DNA of 64,000 nt from Candidatus Saccharimonadales bacterium (GTDB taxonomy: Bacteria > Patescibacteriota > Saccharimonadia > Saccharimonadales > UBA4665). Location of the stretch: assembly GCA_038207115.1 (NCBI GenBank), contig JBBRAC010000002.1:57819-121818 (forward strand), read 5' to 3'. Below are positions 17,097 through 26,012 of the stretch, in pieces; position 1 is the first letter of the stretch, and each line of letters starts with the position of its first letter. The notes beneath the pieces are model-generated. The model did no database searches and was not told the origin of the DNA. It saw only the letters and a program-made list of their open reading frames with translations. The translations under genes and the position numbers were made by a program.

Positions 17097-17120
17097 AAAT
17101 ATAAGCCTTACTTATATTTT

Positions 17121-17156
17121 ACGACAGCAAAGGCTAGGCTCCTCCTAGCATAAGCG
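17121..17156 (+). repeat. intermodule element copy K (degenerate box)
   Basis: ACGACAGCAAAGGCTAGGCTCCTCCTAGCATAAGCG keeps the ...CTCC...GCATAAGCG 3' part of the box. Confidence 0.4.
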
Positions 17157-17183
17157 TACAAACGATTCCGCGCCGGGGTTATA

Positions 17184-17192
17184 TGCTAGACT
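17184..17192 (+). promoter_or_regulatory. extended -10 promoter, leaderless configuration
   Basis: TGCTAGACT, then a 6-nt spacer (AATTTT), then ATG 17199. Confidence 0.45.
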
Positions 17193-17198
17193 AATTTT

Positions 17199-17606
17199 AT
17201 GAATAGATTGATTTCTGCCAGAACAGCATCAATCTTAGCTACGATTCTACTGATGGTTTACGCAACCTTTCAGTTATGCCTTATTCTTGGGGCACCGTGG
17301 GGACATTTTACATGGGGTGGAGCACATGAGGTTTTACCCGCATCGCTCCGAATAGGCAGCGCCGTATCAATTTTGGTTTACCTCATATCTATGGCCTTAA
17401 TTCTGAGTAGAGCCGGCGTAAAAAAGATTATTAGGAACAAAAAAATAGCCTATTTCGGTACTTGGATACTTACCATTTACCTTTTCTTGGGGGTGTTGAT
17501 GAACGTCGTTTCAAGAAGCCATTTAGAAAGATACAATGCCCCGTTCATACTTTTACTAGCGATACTGTTATTGATTGTTGCGAAGTCCAAGCGAATAGAA
17601 TCATAG
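17199..17606 (+). CDS. integral membrane protein (4 predicted TM segments)
   Basis: 135 aa, hydrophobic throughout (ILATILLMVYATFQLCLILGAPWG, AVSILVYLISMALILS, ...). Confidence 0.55.
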   Translation: MNRLISARTASILATILLMVYATFQLCLILGAPWGHFTWGGAHEVLPASLRIGSAVSILVYLISMALILSRAGVKKIIRNKKIAYFGTWILTIYLFLGVLMNVVSRSHLERYNAPFILLLAILLLIVAKSKRIES

Positions 17607-17671
17607 TCCAATACAGCCAGCGCTGTTACCCAAATTTGCAGCAGTAAGATTTTAATGTTACTGTTTACTTT

Positions 17672-18649
17672 ATGTCTGAAATACTGAGCATCGACCGGCT
17701 CGCGAGACAGATTGGGCTCGAAGAACTAGCTACCATTAGCCAAGAAGAAATGGAGGCTCATTTTCTGCCAGCGGCCGTAACCGGACTGTCTGATAAAGAC
17801 ATCGAACTCTGGCACAACCCATTCACCGGGAGAAAAGCTGAGCTATATGGCGAGAAGTCTTTCGGTACAGGGCTTGTGGCACAGAACATTGCGCGTACCG
17901 CAATTGCGAATGGTACGTCACCGGGACCGCTCTATGATTTTCAAGTCTTGGCTGCGCAAAGATTCACCGAACCGGGTTGCCCATGGGATCCTCGTGATAC
18001 CCAAAGCGCCGTGCGTATAAGTCACGATTTCGTAACAATAGATGATAATCTGCTGGGCCTTGCTAGAGCTCCTGCCTTTGTGTTTGATTTTGGCGCCGGC
18101 CTAAATGGTCGTATTCACATTTCAGACCAAATAAAATTGATAGAACAAGGCCGACGCCCCTTTGTCTATAGTCCGCTCTCGCGACTACCCTTCATAAACC
18201 AAACATTGGGTCGTACGTATGAGGCAAGCTATGGATCCGAGGCAGCCGAGGCAATTAAGCGTAAGAAGTTATACCTTGGCCGAGAAAACGGCATCGCAGC
18301 CGCTACGGACGAAATCGTCAAGACACTGCGAACACGTAAGGCAATGGTAGACATTGCAGACATAGTGCTCGTTACCGGAGCTCAGCACGCCGCACTAGCG
18401 GACATACAGCACGGTATAGAAAACGCTTTCCCGCTTCTGAAGGAAGGCGGCATGCTTGTTCTGCGTGCCTTAGCGCGTCCTGCGCTAACAGAGCTTGGCA
18501 CAGACGAGATTGCTGGTTGGGCCTACAATGCGGGATTCCCAGAAAAAAATGCTATTCACTACGAACCCACCTACGACCGTGTCGGCCCGCAGGAACAAAG
18601 TGGACACTTCGGCACACGAGAAATGAAGACAGTCGTACTCACCAAGTAG
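17672..18649 (+). CDS. hypothetical protein, weak class-I SAM-methyltransferase-like motifs
   Basis: 325-aa ORF. Weak motifs: VFDFGAGLNG (motif I-like) and LKEGGMLVLR (post-motif). The assignment is tentative. Confidence 0.3.
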   Translation: MSEILSIDRLARQIGLEELATISQEEMEAHFLPAAVTGLSDKDIELWHNPFTGRKAELYGEKSFGTGLVAQNIARTAIANGTSPGPLYDFQVLAAQRFTEPGCPWDPRDTQSAVRISHDFVTIDDNLLGLARAPAFVFDFGAGLNGRIHISDQIKLIEQGRRPFVYSPLSRLPFINQTLGRTYEASYGSEAAEAIKRKKLYLGRENGIAAATDEIVKTLRTRKAMVDIADIVLVTGAQHAALADIQHGIENAFPLLKEGGMLVLRALARPALTELGTDEIAGWAYNAGFPEKNAIHYEPTYDRVGPQEQSGHFGTREMKTVVLTK

Positions 18650-18882
18650 CCTGTAGCTCTACGAATGTTTGAAAAATATTCGGACAAGGTAGAGGTGGCG
18701 GCTTAGTTTTGGCATTACTGTGCTAGGGTACCAAAAGGAAGCAGTTGGGACCAAGAGTAAGTCCTGCCTGTCTATTTGGTTCGAACTTTTCTGGTGCAAC
18801 GGTAATTATACTTACTGCGGGAACATAAAACTTGTATAAATTAAACCTAGTGGTATGATTAAGCTTTGTGACAGGAGCAAAC

Positions 18883-19797
18883 ATGCGCGAGGCCGTATAT
18901 ATATTGATAGGGCGATTACCCTTCTTTGCTTTTACCATTCTCGTGGCCACCCTTTTGGTAGCAGCAACTTTTGGGATGGTAAAACATAGCAACGACCCTT
19001 CGGTGTACGGTGCAAATTCTAGCATATCGAGTGATTCGCTTCTTGAGGCCAGCGGCCTCGCCCCAGCCCTAAAAAGTCTTAGCCTGGGCATACATTCGGT
19101 GGGCACAAGCATCATGCATGGCGTACGAGCCACAGGCATGGCTATAGTGGATAGCACCCGGTTTGTTGGCAATGTTTTGCATGCCATAACGTTTGGCGTG
19201 CTACATGGCGTAGCCAGCGTGTATGGGGCGATTTTCCGCTTCCCTGGCCATGTAGTAAGTTTTACGGCTAACGCACTCGATTTGAACCATATTATCAAGC
19301 CAGCCGATACCATTCATGTACCGACGTTTGTGGCGGTCGCAGCTGCAGCTCCTCTGCCGGTCACACCTGCACCAATCATTACACCTACACCTCAGCAACC
19401 CGCTCCTACCACCTACGCCAGCGGCGCCATCACACCCACCACTATACCCGCGCCACAGTCAGCAAACCTATACGCCCGAGGGAATTGTACTTGGTGGGTC
19501 TCGTACCGGCGTTTCCAAATCAATGACCCAATTCCGCAGTGGTGGGGCAATGCCGCCACTTGGGCCAGCCGGGCTGCACGCGACGGCTACACCGTAGATC
19601 ACCGCCCCAGCCCCGGAGCAATTATGCAAACGGCAAATTCGGCCGGTGGTTTAGGCCACGTCGCACTTGTCGAAAGCGTTGACCCAGATGGCACCTGGCA
19701 TATTTCAGAAATGAACTTTTATGGCTACGGTGTAGTCGACCACCGGGCAAACCCGCCGTCCCTAGCTTCCAGCTACAACTTTATCCACGATAACTAA
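18883..19797 (+). CDS. membrane-anchored CHAP-domain peptidoglycan amidase/peptidase
   Basis: C-terminal CHAP signature GNCTWWVSYRR...GAIMQT...GHVALVESV. N-terminal TM and a Pro/Thr linker. SD (AGGAG) 5 nt before ATG 18883. TGGTATGAT promoter at 18851-18859. Confidence 0.8.
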   Translation: MREAVYILIGRLPFFAFTILVATLLVAATFGMVKHSNDPSVYGANSSISSDSLLEASGLAPALKSLSLGIHSVGTSIMHGVRATGMAIVDSTRFVGNVLHAITFGVLHGVASVYGAIFRFPGHVVSFTANALDLNHIIKPADTIHVPTFVAVAAAAPLPVTPAPIITPTPQQPAPTTYASGAITPTTIPAPQSANLYARGNCTWWVSYRRFQINDPIPQWWGNAATWASRAARDGYTVDHRPSPGAIMQTANSAGGLGHVALVESVDPDGTWHISEMNFYGYGVVDHRANPPSLASSYNFIHDN

Positions 19798-19856
19798 AAA
19801 CAGAGAACATCCAAAAGTGTACAAAGAAGCCAGTACGAATCTGTCTTTTGGTGCAG

Positions 19857-20204
19857 CTACGTCCATTCAAAAAAGACCATCAAGTAACCATTTAGATCAC
19901 GCAGACTGAATTCTCACTGGCCGCCTATGGTCTGCTGTGGTTCACTTTCGGGTTGATAACCGGCAATAAGAGCGGCTGCCTAAAAAGTCTCCAGATCTAC
20001 GCTAACAAGTACTAACGATCCATCTTTTGAGGTATCAACGATATTGTGGGCCACAGGGAATTCCTTGGAAAACCAATGTACATGGACCACGGCGATTCGA
20101 CCAACATCCTTGGCAACAGGAAAGCCTAAACCTTCATAAAACGATATTGTCTTTTCCAGATCAACTACGTTACTCCCCAAATAAGATACACTTTTAGGCT
20201 ACAT
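19857..20204 (-). pseudogene. VOC/glyoxalase-family gene with three in-frame stop codons and no frameshift
   Basis: Strong SD (AAGGAGG), then ATG at 20204. One continuous frame of 116 codons reads M*PKSVSYLGSNVVDLEKTISFYEGLGF...VDLETF*AAALIAGYQPESEPQQTIGGQ*EFSLRDLNGYLMVFFEWT*. Internal stops: TAG at 20199-20201, TAG at 19980-19982 and TGA at 19914-19916 (plus-strand coordinates). Confidence 0.7.
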
Positions 20205-20288
20205 AATGCCTCCTTTGTTTAGAGCATGATGTATAGTATGTTTTGATTATCGAGATACTTTGTTTTCTAAGCATATGCAATACACGTC

Positions 20289-20753
20289 ATGAATTATACA
20301 TCCACTCAAGCTCTGCAACACCGTGTGATTATGGCCGCTCGAGAGTACGGGATAAGCACAACATTGTTCCGCAATACTGTCAGTAAGAAGCTAAGGGTAC
20401 ATGTCACCGATATGGAGTGCCTAGCACTACTCTTATTTAAAGGCATTGCCACGCCTACCGAGCTTAGCAGCTATACGGGGCTGAGTTCTGGTGCTACAAC
20501 GGCTATGCTAGACCGCCTTGAAAAAGCCAAGCTTTTGCACCGCAAGCCAAACCCAAACGACCGTCGTGGAACGCACGTAGAGGTTGATGCACGCTCCATA
20601 CTACTGGTCGGGCCGATGTTTGCCGAGACCAGAGACGCCCAAGACCAGCTTGTTGCTAGCTACTCTCCGCAAGAACTTGAAATTATTGCCCTATTTTTTG
20701 AACGGTTTACTGCCATTTGGGAAGAAGGCCGAAAGAAGTTAGTTGCACGGTAA
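20289..20753 (+). CDS. MarR-family transcriptional regulator
   Basis: Winged-helix region: PTELSSYTGLSSGATTAMLDRLEKAKLLHRKPNPNDRRGTHVEV. Confidence 0.85.
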   Translation: MNYTSTQALQHRVIMAAREYGISTTLFRNTVSKKLRVHVTDMECLALLLFKGIATPTELSSYTGLSSGATTAMLDRLEKAKLLHRKPNPNDRRGTHVEVDARSILLVGPMFAETRDAQDQLVASYSPQELEIIALFFERFTAIWEEGRKKLVAR

Positions 20754-20855
20754 GGGGCCTTTTCGTACGAACACCCTGCCTCAGCGAGCCCGGCATACAC
20801 TATCTGCGGAGCGCTGTGGTCATAAACGTATACGCGTATCTATTTAGAACTTATT

Positions 20856-20864
20856 TGATATAGT
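20856..20864 (+). promoter_or_regulatory. extended -10 promoter, leaderless configuration
   Basis: TGATATAGT, then a 6-nt spacer, then ATG 20871. Confidence 0.45.
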
Positions 20865-20870
20865 ATGCCT

Positions 20871-21263
20871 ATGAATATCCAACCGTTGGCAATTGTAGCG
20901 TGTGCAGTGGTAGCGTTCGTAGTAAGTAGCGTGTGGTACGTGGCGTTTAGTAAGTTGCGGGCAACAGTGCTCGGGTTCAATGTAAGCGAGGAGCGGAAGC
21001 CAAAACCCCGCAATATTCTTCTAGAACTTTTGCGAACCATAGTACTTGCCTACCTATTTGCGGTGGTACTTTCACGAATGCGAAGCAGCGACTTGCGTGC
21101 GTCACTTGAGCTCGGCTTGCTACTCTGGCTCGCCTTTCCTGTCATTCTCCTGGGCGGTTCTGTCATGTGGGATAAGGCGCCAGGCAAACTAGCATTGGTG
21201 CATGCCGGCGATTGGCTGATTAAGCTGATGATAATCGCTTTTATTATTGGCCTGTGGCAATAG
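20871..21263 (+). CDS. DUF1761 membrane protein
   Basis: Family-typical N-terminus MNIQPLAIVACAVVAFVVSSVWYVAF. The ORF-track start at 20865 lies immediately against the -10 hexamer. Confidence 0.6.
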   Translation: MNIQPLAIVACAVVAFVVSSVWYVAFSKLRATVLGFNVSEERKPKPRNILLELLRTIVLAYLFAVVLSRMRSSDLRASLELGLLLWLAFPVILLGGSVMWDKAPGKLALVHAGDWLIKLMIIAFIIGLWQ

Positions 21264-21310
21264 CTGTATTCCCAGCCAAGCAACAAACCTAGCGTTGTAA
21301 CGGCAAGTTA

Positions 21311-22303
21311 TTATCGGCTGGACGAACGACTCGTTTTGAGTCTTCGCGGTGGCCGTTTAGTTTTTTTGGCATTAGTAACGGCCCGCGCGAACTGGCGCTC
21401 GGTATCGTTGTCGGCGTAGCGCGCTACTGGGTCGCTAAGTAGCACCGGGTTTTTGGACTTTTCATCGAGATCTTTCAAGAGTGCCAGTGCGGTCTTCTCT
21501 ATGAGCCACTGCCTGCCCGGCGCCGTTTCGGCTACAGCAGTCATGTGCCAGACGCCATCGCCATGCTGGTCGCTACTCATAATCTTGAGTCGGCTCACCA
21601 CCAGCGAAGGTCCCGTCGGCAGTAAGGTACTTGCCCGCTCAATGAGCGCTTCGGCCTGCTTGGGGTCCAAAACAAACAGCTCGACAGCCATAGTCCAGAC
21701 ACCTTTTTGGGCGATGCGCACGCCGGCAATATTCTGGTTCGATATCCATATTACTTCGCCATTGAGGCCGCGGATGCGGGTGGAACGCAGCGTTATTTTC
21801 TCTACCACACCTTGCAATTCCGGAAATGGCACAATGGTTATCAGGTCGCCCACACCAAACCAATGCTCGGCCATCATGCCACCGCCAAAGGCAAAATCGC
21901 GCAGCAATGGGCTAAACACACCACCGATAACCACAATCAGGATGGCGCTAGCGCCCACTAAGGCCGTAGGTTTGCTGCCTTGGGGGTGAGTAAATACCCA
22001 CCAGAAGTAGAGGGCCAATATCAGGAACAACACCCGTACAATTGCTGTCGAAAGTATCAGCCAGGTTTCGACGCTTCGAAAACGGTTTACGGCCGCCAGA
22101 TCCGTGGCGGCATCAGCTTGTTTGCCAATGCTCCGGCTTAAACGGCGTAGCACTAACGCAAAAACCTTGCCAAGCGCCCAACCCAGCACAAGCGCCATTA
22201 CCAGCACCCAGAACGAGCTGCCCGAAAACAGCGCTTCCGAAATCTGTTTCAGGGCGCCACTCGACTGGTTTATAGAATCATTGACGGTATTATTTCCGAA
22301 CAA
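21311..22303 (-). CDS. small-conductance mechanosensitive channel (MscS family)
   Basis: Sequence: FGVGDLITIVPFPELQGVVEKITLRSTRIRGLNGEVIWISNQNI, preceded by 3 TM helices. Confidence 0.85.
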   Translation of the reverse strand: MFGNNTVNDSINQSSGALKQISEALFSGSSFWVLVMALVLGWALGKVFALVLRRLSRSIGKQADAATDLAAVNRFRSVETWLILSTAIVRVLFLILALYFWWVFTHPQGSKPTALVGASAILIVVIGGVFSPLLRDFAFGGGMMAEHWFGVGDLITIVPFPELQGVVEKITLRSTRIRGLNGEVIWISNQNIAGVRIAQKGVWTMAVELFVLDPKQAEALIERASTLLPTGPSLVVSRLKIMSSDQHGDGVWHMTAVAETAPGRQWLIEKTALALLKDLDEKSKNPVLLSDPVARYADNDTERQFARAVTNAKKTKRPPRRLKTSRSSSR

Positions 22304-22464
22304 AAACGAAGCTCCTATCTGTCTTAAGCTAGTGATGACGGCAGCTAGGCGCTACCGGTTCTTATAACTTATGGTAACGTACTGTGGCGCTATTGTCAAA
22401 GGAGCGGTTTGATTTTGCAGCTACTTTCCAGCCAGCCGCTAATCTGTTAGAATGTAGCAGTTAC

Positions 22465-22541
22465 GCGCCCGTAGCTCAGTGGATTAGAGTACTTGGCTTC
22501 GGACCAAGGGGTCGTAGGTTCAAATCCTGCCGGGCGTACCA
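22465..22541 (+). tRNA. tRNA-Arg (anticodon TCG), CCA encoded
   Basis: Manual cloverleaf. Acceptor GCGCCCG/CGGGCGT (G1-U72 wobble). D arm GCTC...GAGT. Anticodon stem CTTGG/CCAAG with loop CTTCGGA. T arm GTAGG-TTCAAAT-CCTGC. Then A-CCA. Confidence 0.9.
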
Positions 22542-22690
22542 AACAAACAGCTCATGCTTGTCATGGGCTTTTTGTTTGGCCTAGTTCCGGCGCAGCTGGA
22601 ACTACGACCAGAGATCTTCCGGCAGGAAAATATCGAGGCCTGTATAGTCGTCAGTCGTATGCCCACTAGCCTTTGCAAACCCGCGCTTTG

Positions 22691-22719
22691 ATTACCGTGG
22701 GCAATCCTCCTAGGCGTAC
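22691..22719 (+). repeat. degenerate box-like sequence (copy L) outside the array
   Basis: ATTACCGTGGGCAATCCTCCTAGGCGTAC resembles copy K and the ACGGTGGCCCTCC core. It lies between tRNA-Arg and a NUDIX gene. Confidence 0.3.
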
Positions 22720-22761
22720 TCCTCTCTGAACCCTAAAAAGACGTCCAACTGGTGCTTCTTT

Positions 22762-22770
22762 TGTTATGAT
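22762..22770 (+). promoter_or_regulatory. extended -10 promoter, leaderless configuration
   Basis: TGTTATGAT, then a 6-nt spacer (ACTGCT), then ATG 22777. Confidence 0.5.
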
Positions 22771-22776
22771 ACTGCT

Positions 22777-23262
22777 ATGCCCATTCCAAGATTAGATCCC
22801 GAAACTATACGAAAACACAAAGGCGTCAGCTTCACGGGCGTCGGAACTGTATTCTTCTGCCATGACGGTCAGGGGAAGTTTCTTATGAGCAAACGAAGTA
22901 AGAATACTCGTGACGAGCAAGGCACATGGGAAGTTTCAGGTGGCGGCCTTAAGTGGGGCGTAGCCGCTGAGCGTAATGTACGGCGAGAGATAAGAGAAGA
23001 ATATGGTGCGGATGCCAAGGATGTCATCTTTATGGGATACCGCGATGTATTTAGGGAGCTTAAAGACGGCACGCCTACTCATTGGTTGATGCTTGACTAT
23101 GCAATAGAGGTAGATCCCTGCCAGGTAAAACGAAACGAGCCAGACATGTCTGATGAAATTGGCTGGTTTACGCTGAATACACAACCATCACCCGTTCATT
23201 CACAACATCTGTCACTAATGAAGAAGTACTCTAAGCAAATCGAGCAACTATTAAGCACCTAG
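22777..23262 (+). CDS. NUDIX hydrolase
   Basis: Nudix box GGGLKWGVAAERNVRREIREEYG. Confidence 0.85.
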   Translation: MPIPRLDPETIRKHKGVSFTGVGTVFFCHDGQGKFLMSKRSKNTRDEQGTWEVSGGGLKWGVAAERNVRREIREEYGADAKDVIFMGYRDVFRELKDGTPTHWLMLDYAIEVDPCQVKRNEPDMSDEIGWFTLNTQPSPVHSQHLSLMKKYSKQIEQLLST

Positions 23263-23320
23263 CTTGGTCCTAGACCTCAGTAGCCACGCTGTACCAATTT
23301 TATGTACTATGAAACTTTGG

Positions 23321-24007
23321 TTAGTGGCTCGAGAGGGTGACTACTGTGTTGATAGTGGTGGCTATGATTACCGTGCCGAAAACGTAGGCCAGCAGAGCTT
23401 GCTTAAGCACAGTAGAGCGAATAGTTTTGTTCTGGATCTCCGTATCAGATACCTGGAATGTCATGCCGACAGTAAAAGCCAGGTAGGCAAAGTCGGCGTA
23501 ACATGGCTTGGCTTGTTCGTTAAAATCTATGCCGCCTTCCGGATCGCCGTAATACAGCCGAGCGTATTTGAGCATAAAAATAGTATGCACCACGGCCCAC
23601 GAAACAACGACGCTAAACAGTCCCAGCGCAATATCGACACCCTTCTCAGATCCTTGTGCACTGCTGGCACGCAATATTAGCACCCCCACGCCGGTCAAGC
23701 TCGCCAGGCTGGTTGCCAGCAGTAAAACATCGGCTACGCCCCGGCCAGGGTTTTCGCGTAAGGCATGGCTACGTGTTGTGTTGGAATCAAACCTCAGTAC
23801 GCTAAACATCTCAGACATGACATAGACTAAAGCCGCACTATCCCAGGCGACCAGTGGGGCAAACGCGGCTTTGCCCACGGCCAGTACCACTCCTCCCGCC
23901 ACCAGGCCAACCAGCGCCGCAACCAGCAGTCGACTGCGGGCGGACATGTAGGTTTCGCTTGATTTGCCCATAAGTACTTGCAGTATACACCGAACGGAAC
24001 CGGTCAT
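23321..24007 (-). CDS. DUF1345 membrane protein
   Basis: Multi-TM protein. Sequence: YGDPEGGIDFNEQAKPCYADFAYLAFTVGMTFQVSDT. Confidence 0.5.
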   Translation of the reverse strand: MTGSVRCILQVLMGKSSETYMSARSRLLVAALVGLVAGGVVLAVGKAAFAPLVAWDSAALVYVMSEMFSVLRFDSNTTRSHALRENPGRGVADVLLLATSLASLTGVGVLILRASSAQGSEKGVDIALGLFSVVVSWAVVHTIFMLKYARLYYGDPEGGIDFNEQAKPCYADFAYLAFTVGMTFQVSDTEIQNKTIRSTVLKQALLAYVFGTVIIATTINTVVTLSSH

Positions 24008-24016
24008 GAAGCACTG

Positions 24017-26011
24017 CTAGCGCGAAAGTATCCAGGCAAGCAGGTAGGTGCGCGAGTTGGCGTCGTCTATATGGGTATCTGCCAGTTTTTGCGCGTCAGC
24101 TAGCGCTCCGCTTTTATCGCGCAGCGCACGATACATTAGTAAATAATCACCGAATTGTCGGTCGTAGTTACCATCGGGCACGGTTGTGCTTAGGTTGGAC
24201 GTAATGCGGTTCGCCTGGGTAGCTACGCTACTCATAGCCGGATTCATTGGTATCAGCTGAATCCCGAAAATAGCAGCCGGTTCGGCACTAAAAAATGTAG
24301 CGTAATCACGCTTACCACCCCAGTTTATGCCAACAGTCTGATGGTTAAAGCCCTTAAACGCATTGGACGATGTATCTATGGCCGTCCATTGTTGTCCAGC
24401 ACTGGCAAATTCCCTGCTAAGCTGCCAGCTAGCCTGAGCCGATAGCGCAGTATCACCCCTAGCTTGAGCCCATAGCGCCAAACCATTCCAAGCGTTTACG
24501 GCTTCACTGCTCGATTCCTGATTGTTACCGTCATCGAACTGGCCATAGCCCGAAGCCCACGAATGCCCGAAATAGGGGTCAAACACTCTTAGCTTAGGGA
24601 ACGATGCCGAACTGGTAGGCGCAGCAATGTCGTAGGCCAGCAACCGGACAAATGGTTCGTATTTATTGGCAAACGACTGGTCGTAGTGGGCCATAATTGC
24701 CATCGTGTACAAAAAATAACCATAGTGAAAATGGTGGTCATTAAATTGGTCGGCGCCAAATGACGCCTCTACACCCACTAAGCCTTTCGCCGTAGTGTCA
24801 TAGGCAAAGTAGCGATTGTCCCGTACACTCGATCCCTTCGCGTCAAACCACTGCGAGAGGTCTGTTTCGAGCGCGCTTCGCAATGTTTTGGCTTGATCTT
24901 TTTGGCCGAGTTGGTTGGCTAGAGCGTACAAATTGGCTGCTCGGTACAACTCCTTGCCACCAAAATAACTGTCCGTTTTCTGCAGATTCGTATTTGCTAC
25001 ATCAGAAACAAGCTGGGCTTTTAAGGTATCTTTATCTGACTGGGTTAGCCTGGTAAGCGGTAAGGTATCGCTCGGAGCAATTTTGGGCGTTGAAAAGGAA
25101 ATGGCAGCGGACTTATAGAGCTGCAGCGTACCGTAAATAGTTTCGTACGTACCGGCAGCCTTAGCCGCAGTTACGTTTTGGCCGGGAAGCGCCACATACA
25201 AACCGTTGCCGCCCTTCGTGTTATAGCGTAGCTGTGTTTTGATGGCGCTACCATCGGCATAGCTTACATCCACTGAAGTGAGCGGCTGCGCATAGCTTGC
25301 CATGTCTGCTGCCGTCGTGCCCGTAGCGACCGCATACAGCACTATGTTGCTTCCCTTTTGTAGCTGCAGTGAGCCTCCATCATAAGCCACCTTTGGAGCC
25401 ACAAAAGCATACTGCTGCTTTGCGATAGTCTTTACATATACCCCACCGGACTGCGCGGTAAAGCCTGGCAAGGCAAGCTTTTGCGGACGATCTGCTTCGT
25501 AGCTCAGGAACGGCGTTCCTTCGGCCACGGTTAGCTTCCCCACATCTGCCCCGGCTTTTTGGTATTGCAGTGTGACAGACAAACTGTCGTAGCGGCTAAC
25601 GAGGTACCTGTCCGCATCCAGTCCGGATACCACTGCCGGATTGTAGCCACCGGTTATCGTGTTGGTTGTGGCTGTGACAATTGGTAAACCAAAACTAAAA
25701 TTACTCCCACTCGGCTTAAACGAAAGGGGCAACGGGAAAACGGCTTTCGGATCTTTATTGAGCGCAATTCCACTAAACCAGTGGTTGGTCGGAGGCACTA
25801 AGCCTTTGGCCACATGGGCCAAATCTATGGTGCTGTTGGTGTGCTTTGGCAAGCTGGCGAGCAGGGAAGAATCAATCTGCACTGCTACCGACGTGGTAGG
25901 GTTTTTTTGCGGAATAGCGAGCATACTAACCGAGCCAAGCATGACCAACGCGGCTAGAATTACCCACCAGTACTTTCGTGTGTAGATTGTTAGCCGATTC
26001 GCCGTCTGCAC
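24017..26011 (-). CDS. glycoside hydrolase family 81 (endo-beta-1,3-glucanase)-like, membrane/secretion-anchored
   Basis: GH81 hallmark FNDHHFHYGYFLY. 664 aa with an N-terminal TM (YWWVILAALVMLGSVSMLAI). Confidence 0.7.
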   Translation of the reverse strand: MQTANRLTIYTRKYWWVILAALVMLGSVSMLAIPQKNPTTSVAVQIDSSLLASLPKHTNSTIDLAHVAKGLVPPTNHWFSGIALNKDPKAVFPLPLSFKPSGSNFSFGLPIVTATTNTITGGYNPAVVSGLDADRYLVSRYDSLSVTLQYQKAGADVGKLTVAEGTPFLSYEADRPQKLALPGFTAQSGGVYVKTIAKQQYAFVAPKVAYDGGSLQLQKGSNIVLYAVATGTTAADMASYAQPLTSVDVSYADGSAIKTQLRYNTKGGNGLYVALPGQNVTAAKAAGTYETIYGTLQLYKSAAISFSTPKIAPSDTLPLTRLTQSDKDTLKAQLVSDVANTNLQKTDSYFGGKELYRAANLYALANQLGQKDQAKTLRSALETDLSQWFDAKGSSVRDNRYFAYDTTAKGLVGVEASFGADQFNDHHFHYGYFLYTMAIMAHYDQSFANKYEPFVRLLAYDIAAPTSSASFPKLRVFDPYFGHSWASGYGQFDDGNNQESSSEAVNAWNGLALWAQARGDTALSAQASWQLSREFASAGQQWTAIDTSSNAFKGFNHQTVGINWGGKRDYATFFSAEPAAIFGIQLIPMNPAMSSVATQANRITSNLSTTVPDGNYDRQFGDYLLMYRALRDKSGALADAQKLADTHIDDANSRTYLLAWILSR

Positions 26012-26012
26012 A

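Noticed and set aside
4116-17198. Classical integron with attC sites
   Set aside because: The boxes lack the RYYYAAC...GTTRRRY inverse-core/core pair. The units are not imperfect palindromes end to end; only 5-6 nt of possible pairing exists between the start of the box and the promoter region. No intI-like tyrosine recombinase is in the window. The resemblance is kept only as an analogy.
4116-17198. CRISPR array formed by the repeated boxes
   Set aside because: Spacing is irregular (0.5-3 kb) and the intervals are full-length protein genes. The repeats are imperfect and 38 nt long, with appended terminators. No cas genes are present.
18723-19313. 196-aa minus-strand ORF antisense to the CHAP gene, and 23264..23680 antisense to the DUF1345 gene
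   Set aside because: The opposite-strand genes have clear domain signatures or TM organisation. These ORFs have neither motifs nor expression signals.
8307-20201. Stop-codon reassignment (UGA or UAG read as sense) to explain the in-frame stops in the HD and VOC genes
   Set aside because: Well-conserved genes in the same window terminate at family-typical lengths on TGA (helicase 712, crtE 58926, crtB 59726) and on TAG (def 32158). Both TAG and TGA interrupt the VOC gene. The standard-code ORF track gives long intact ORFs everywhere else.
22384-22584. 66-aa ORF overlapping tRNA-Arg(TCG), and likewise 28470..28658 overlapping tRNA-Arg(CCG)
   Set aside because: The sequences fold into complete canonical tRNAs, so the ORFs are translation artefacts.
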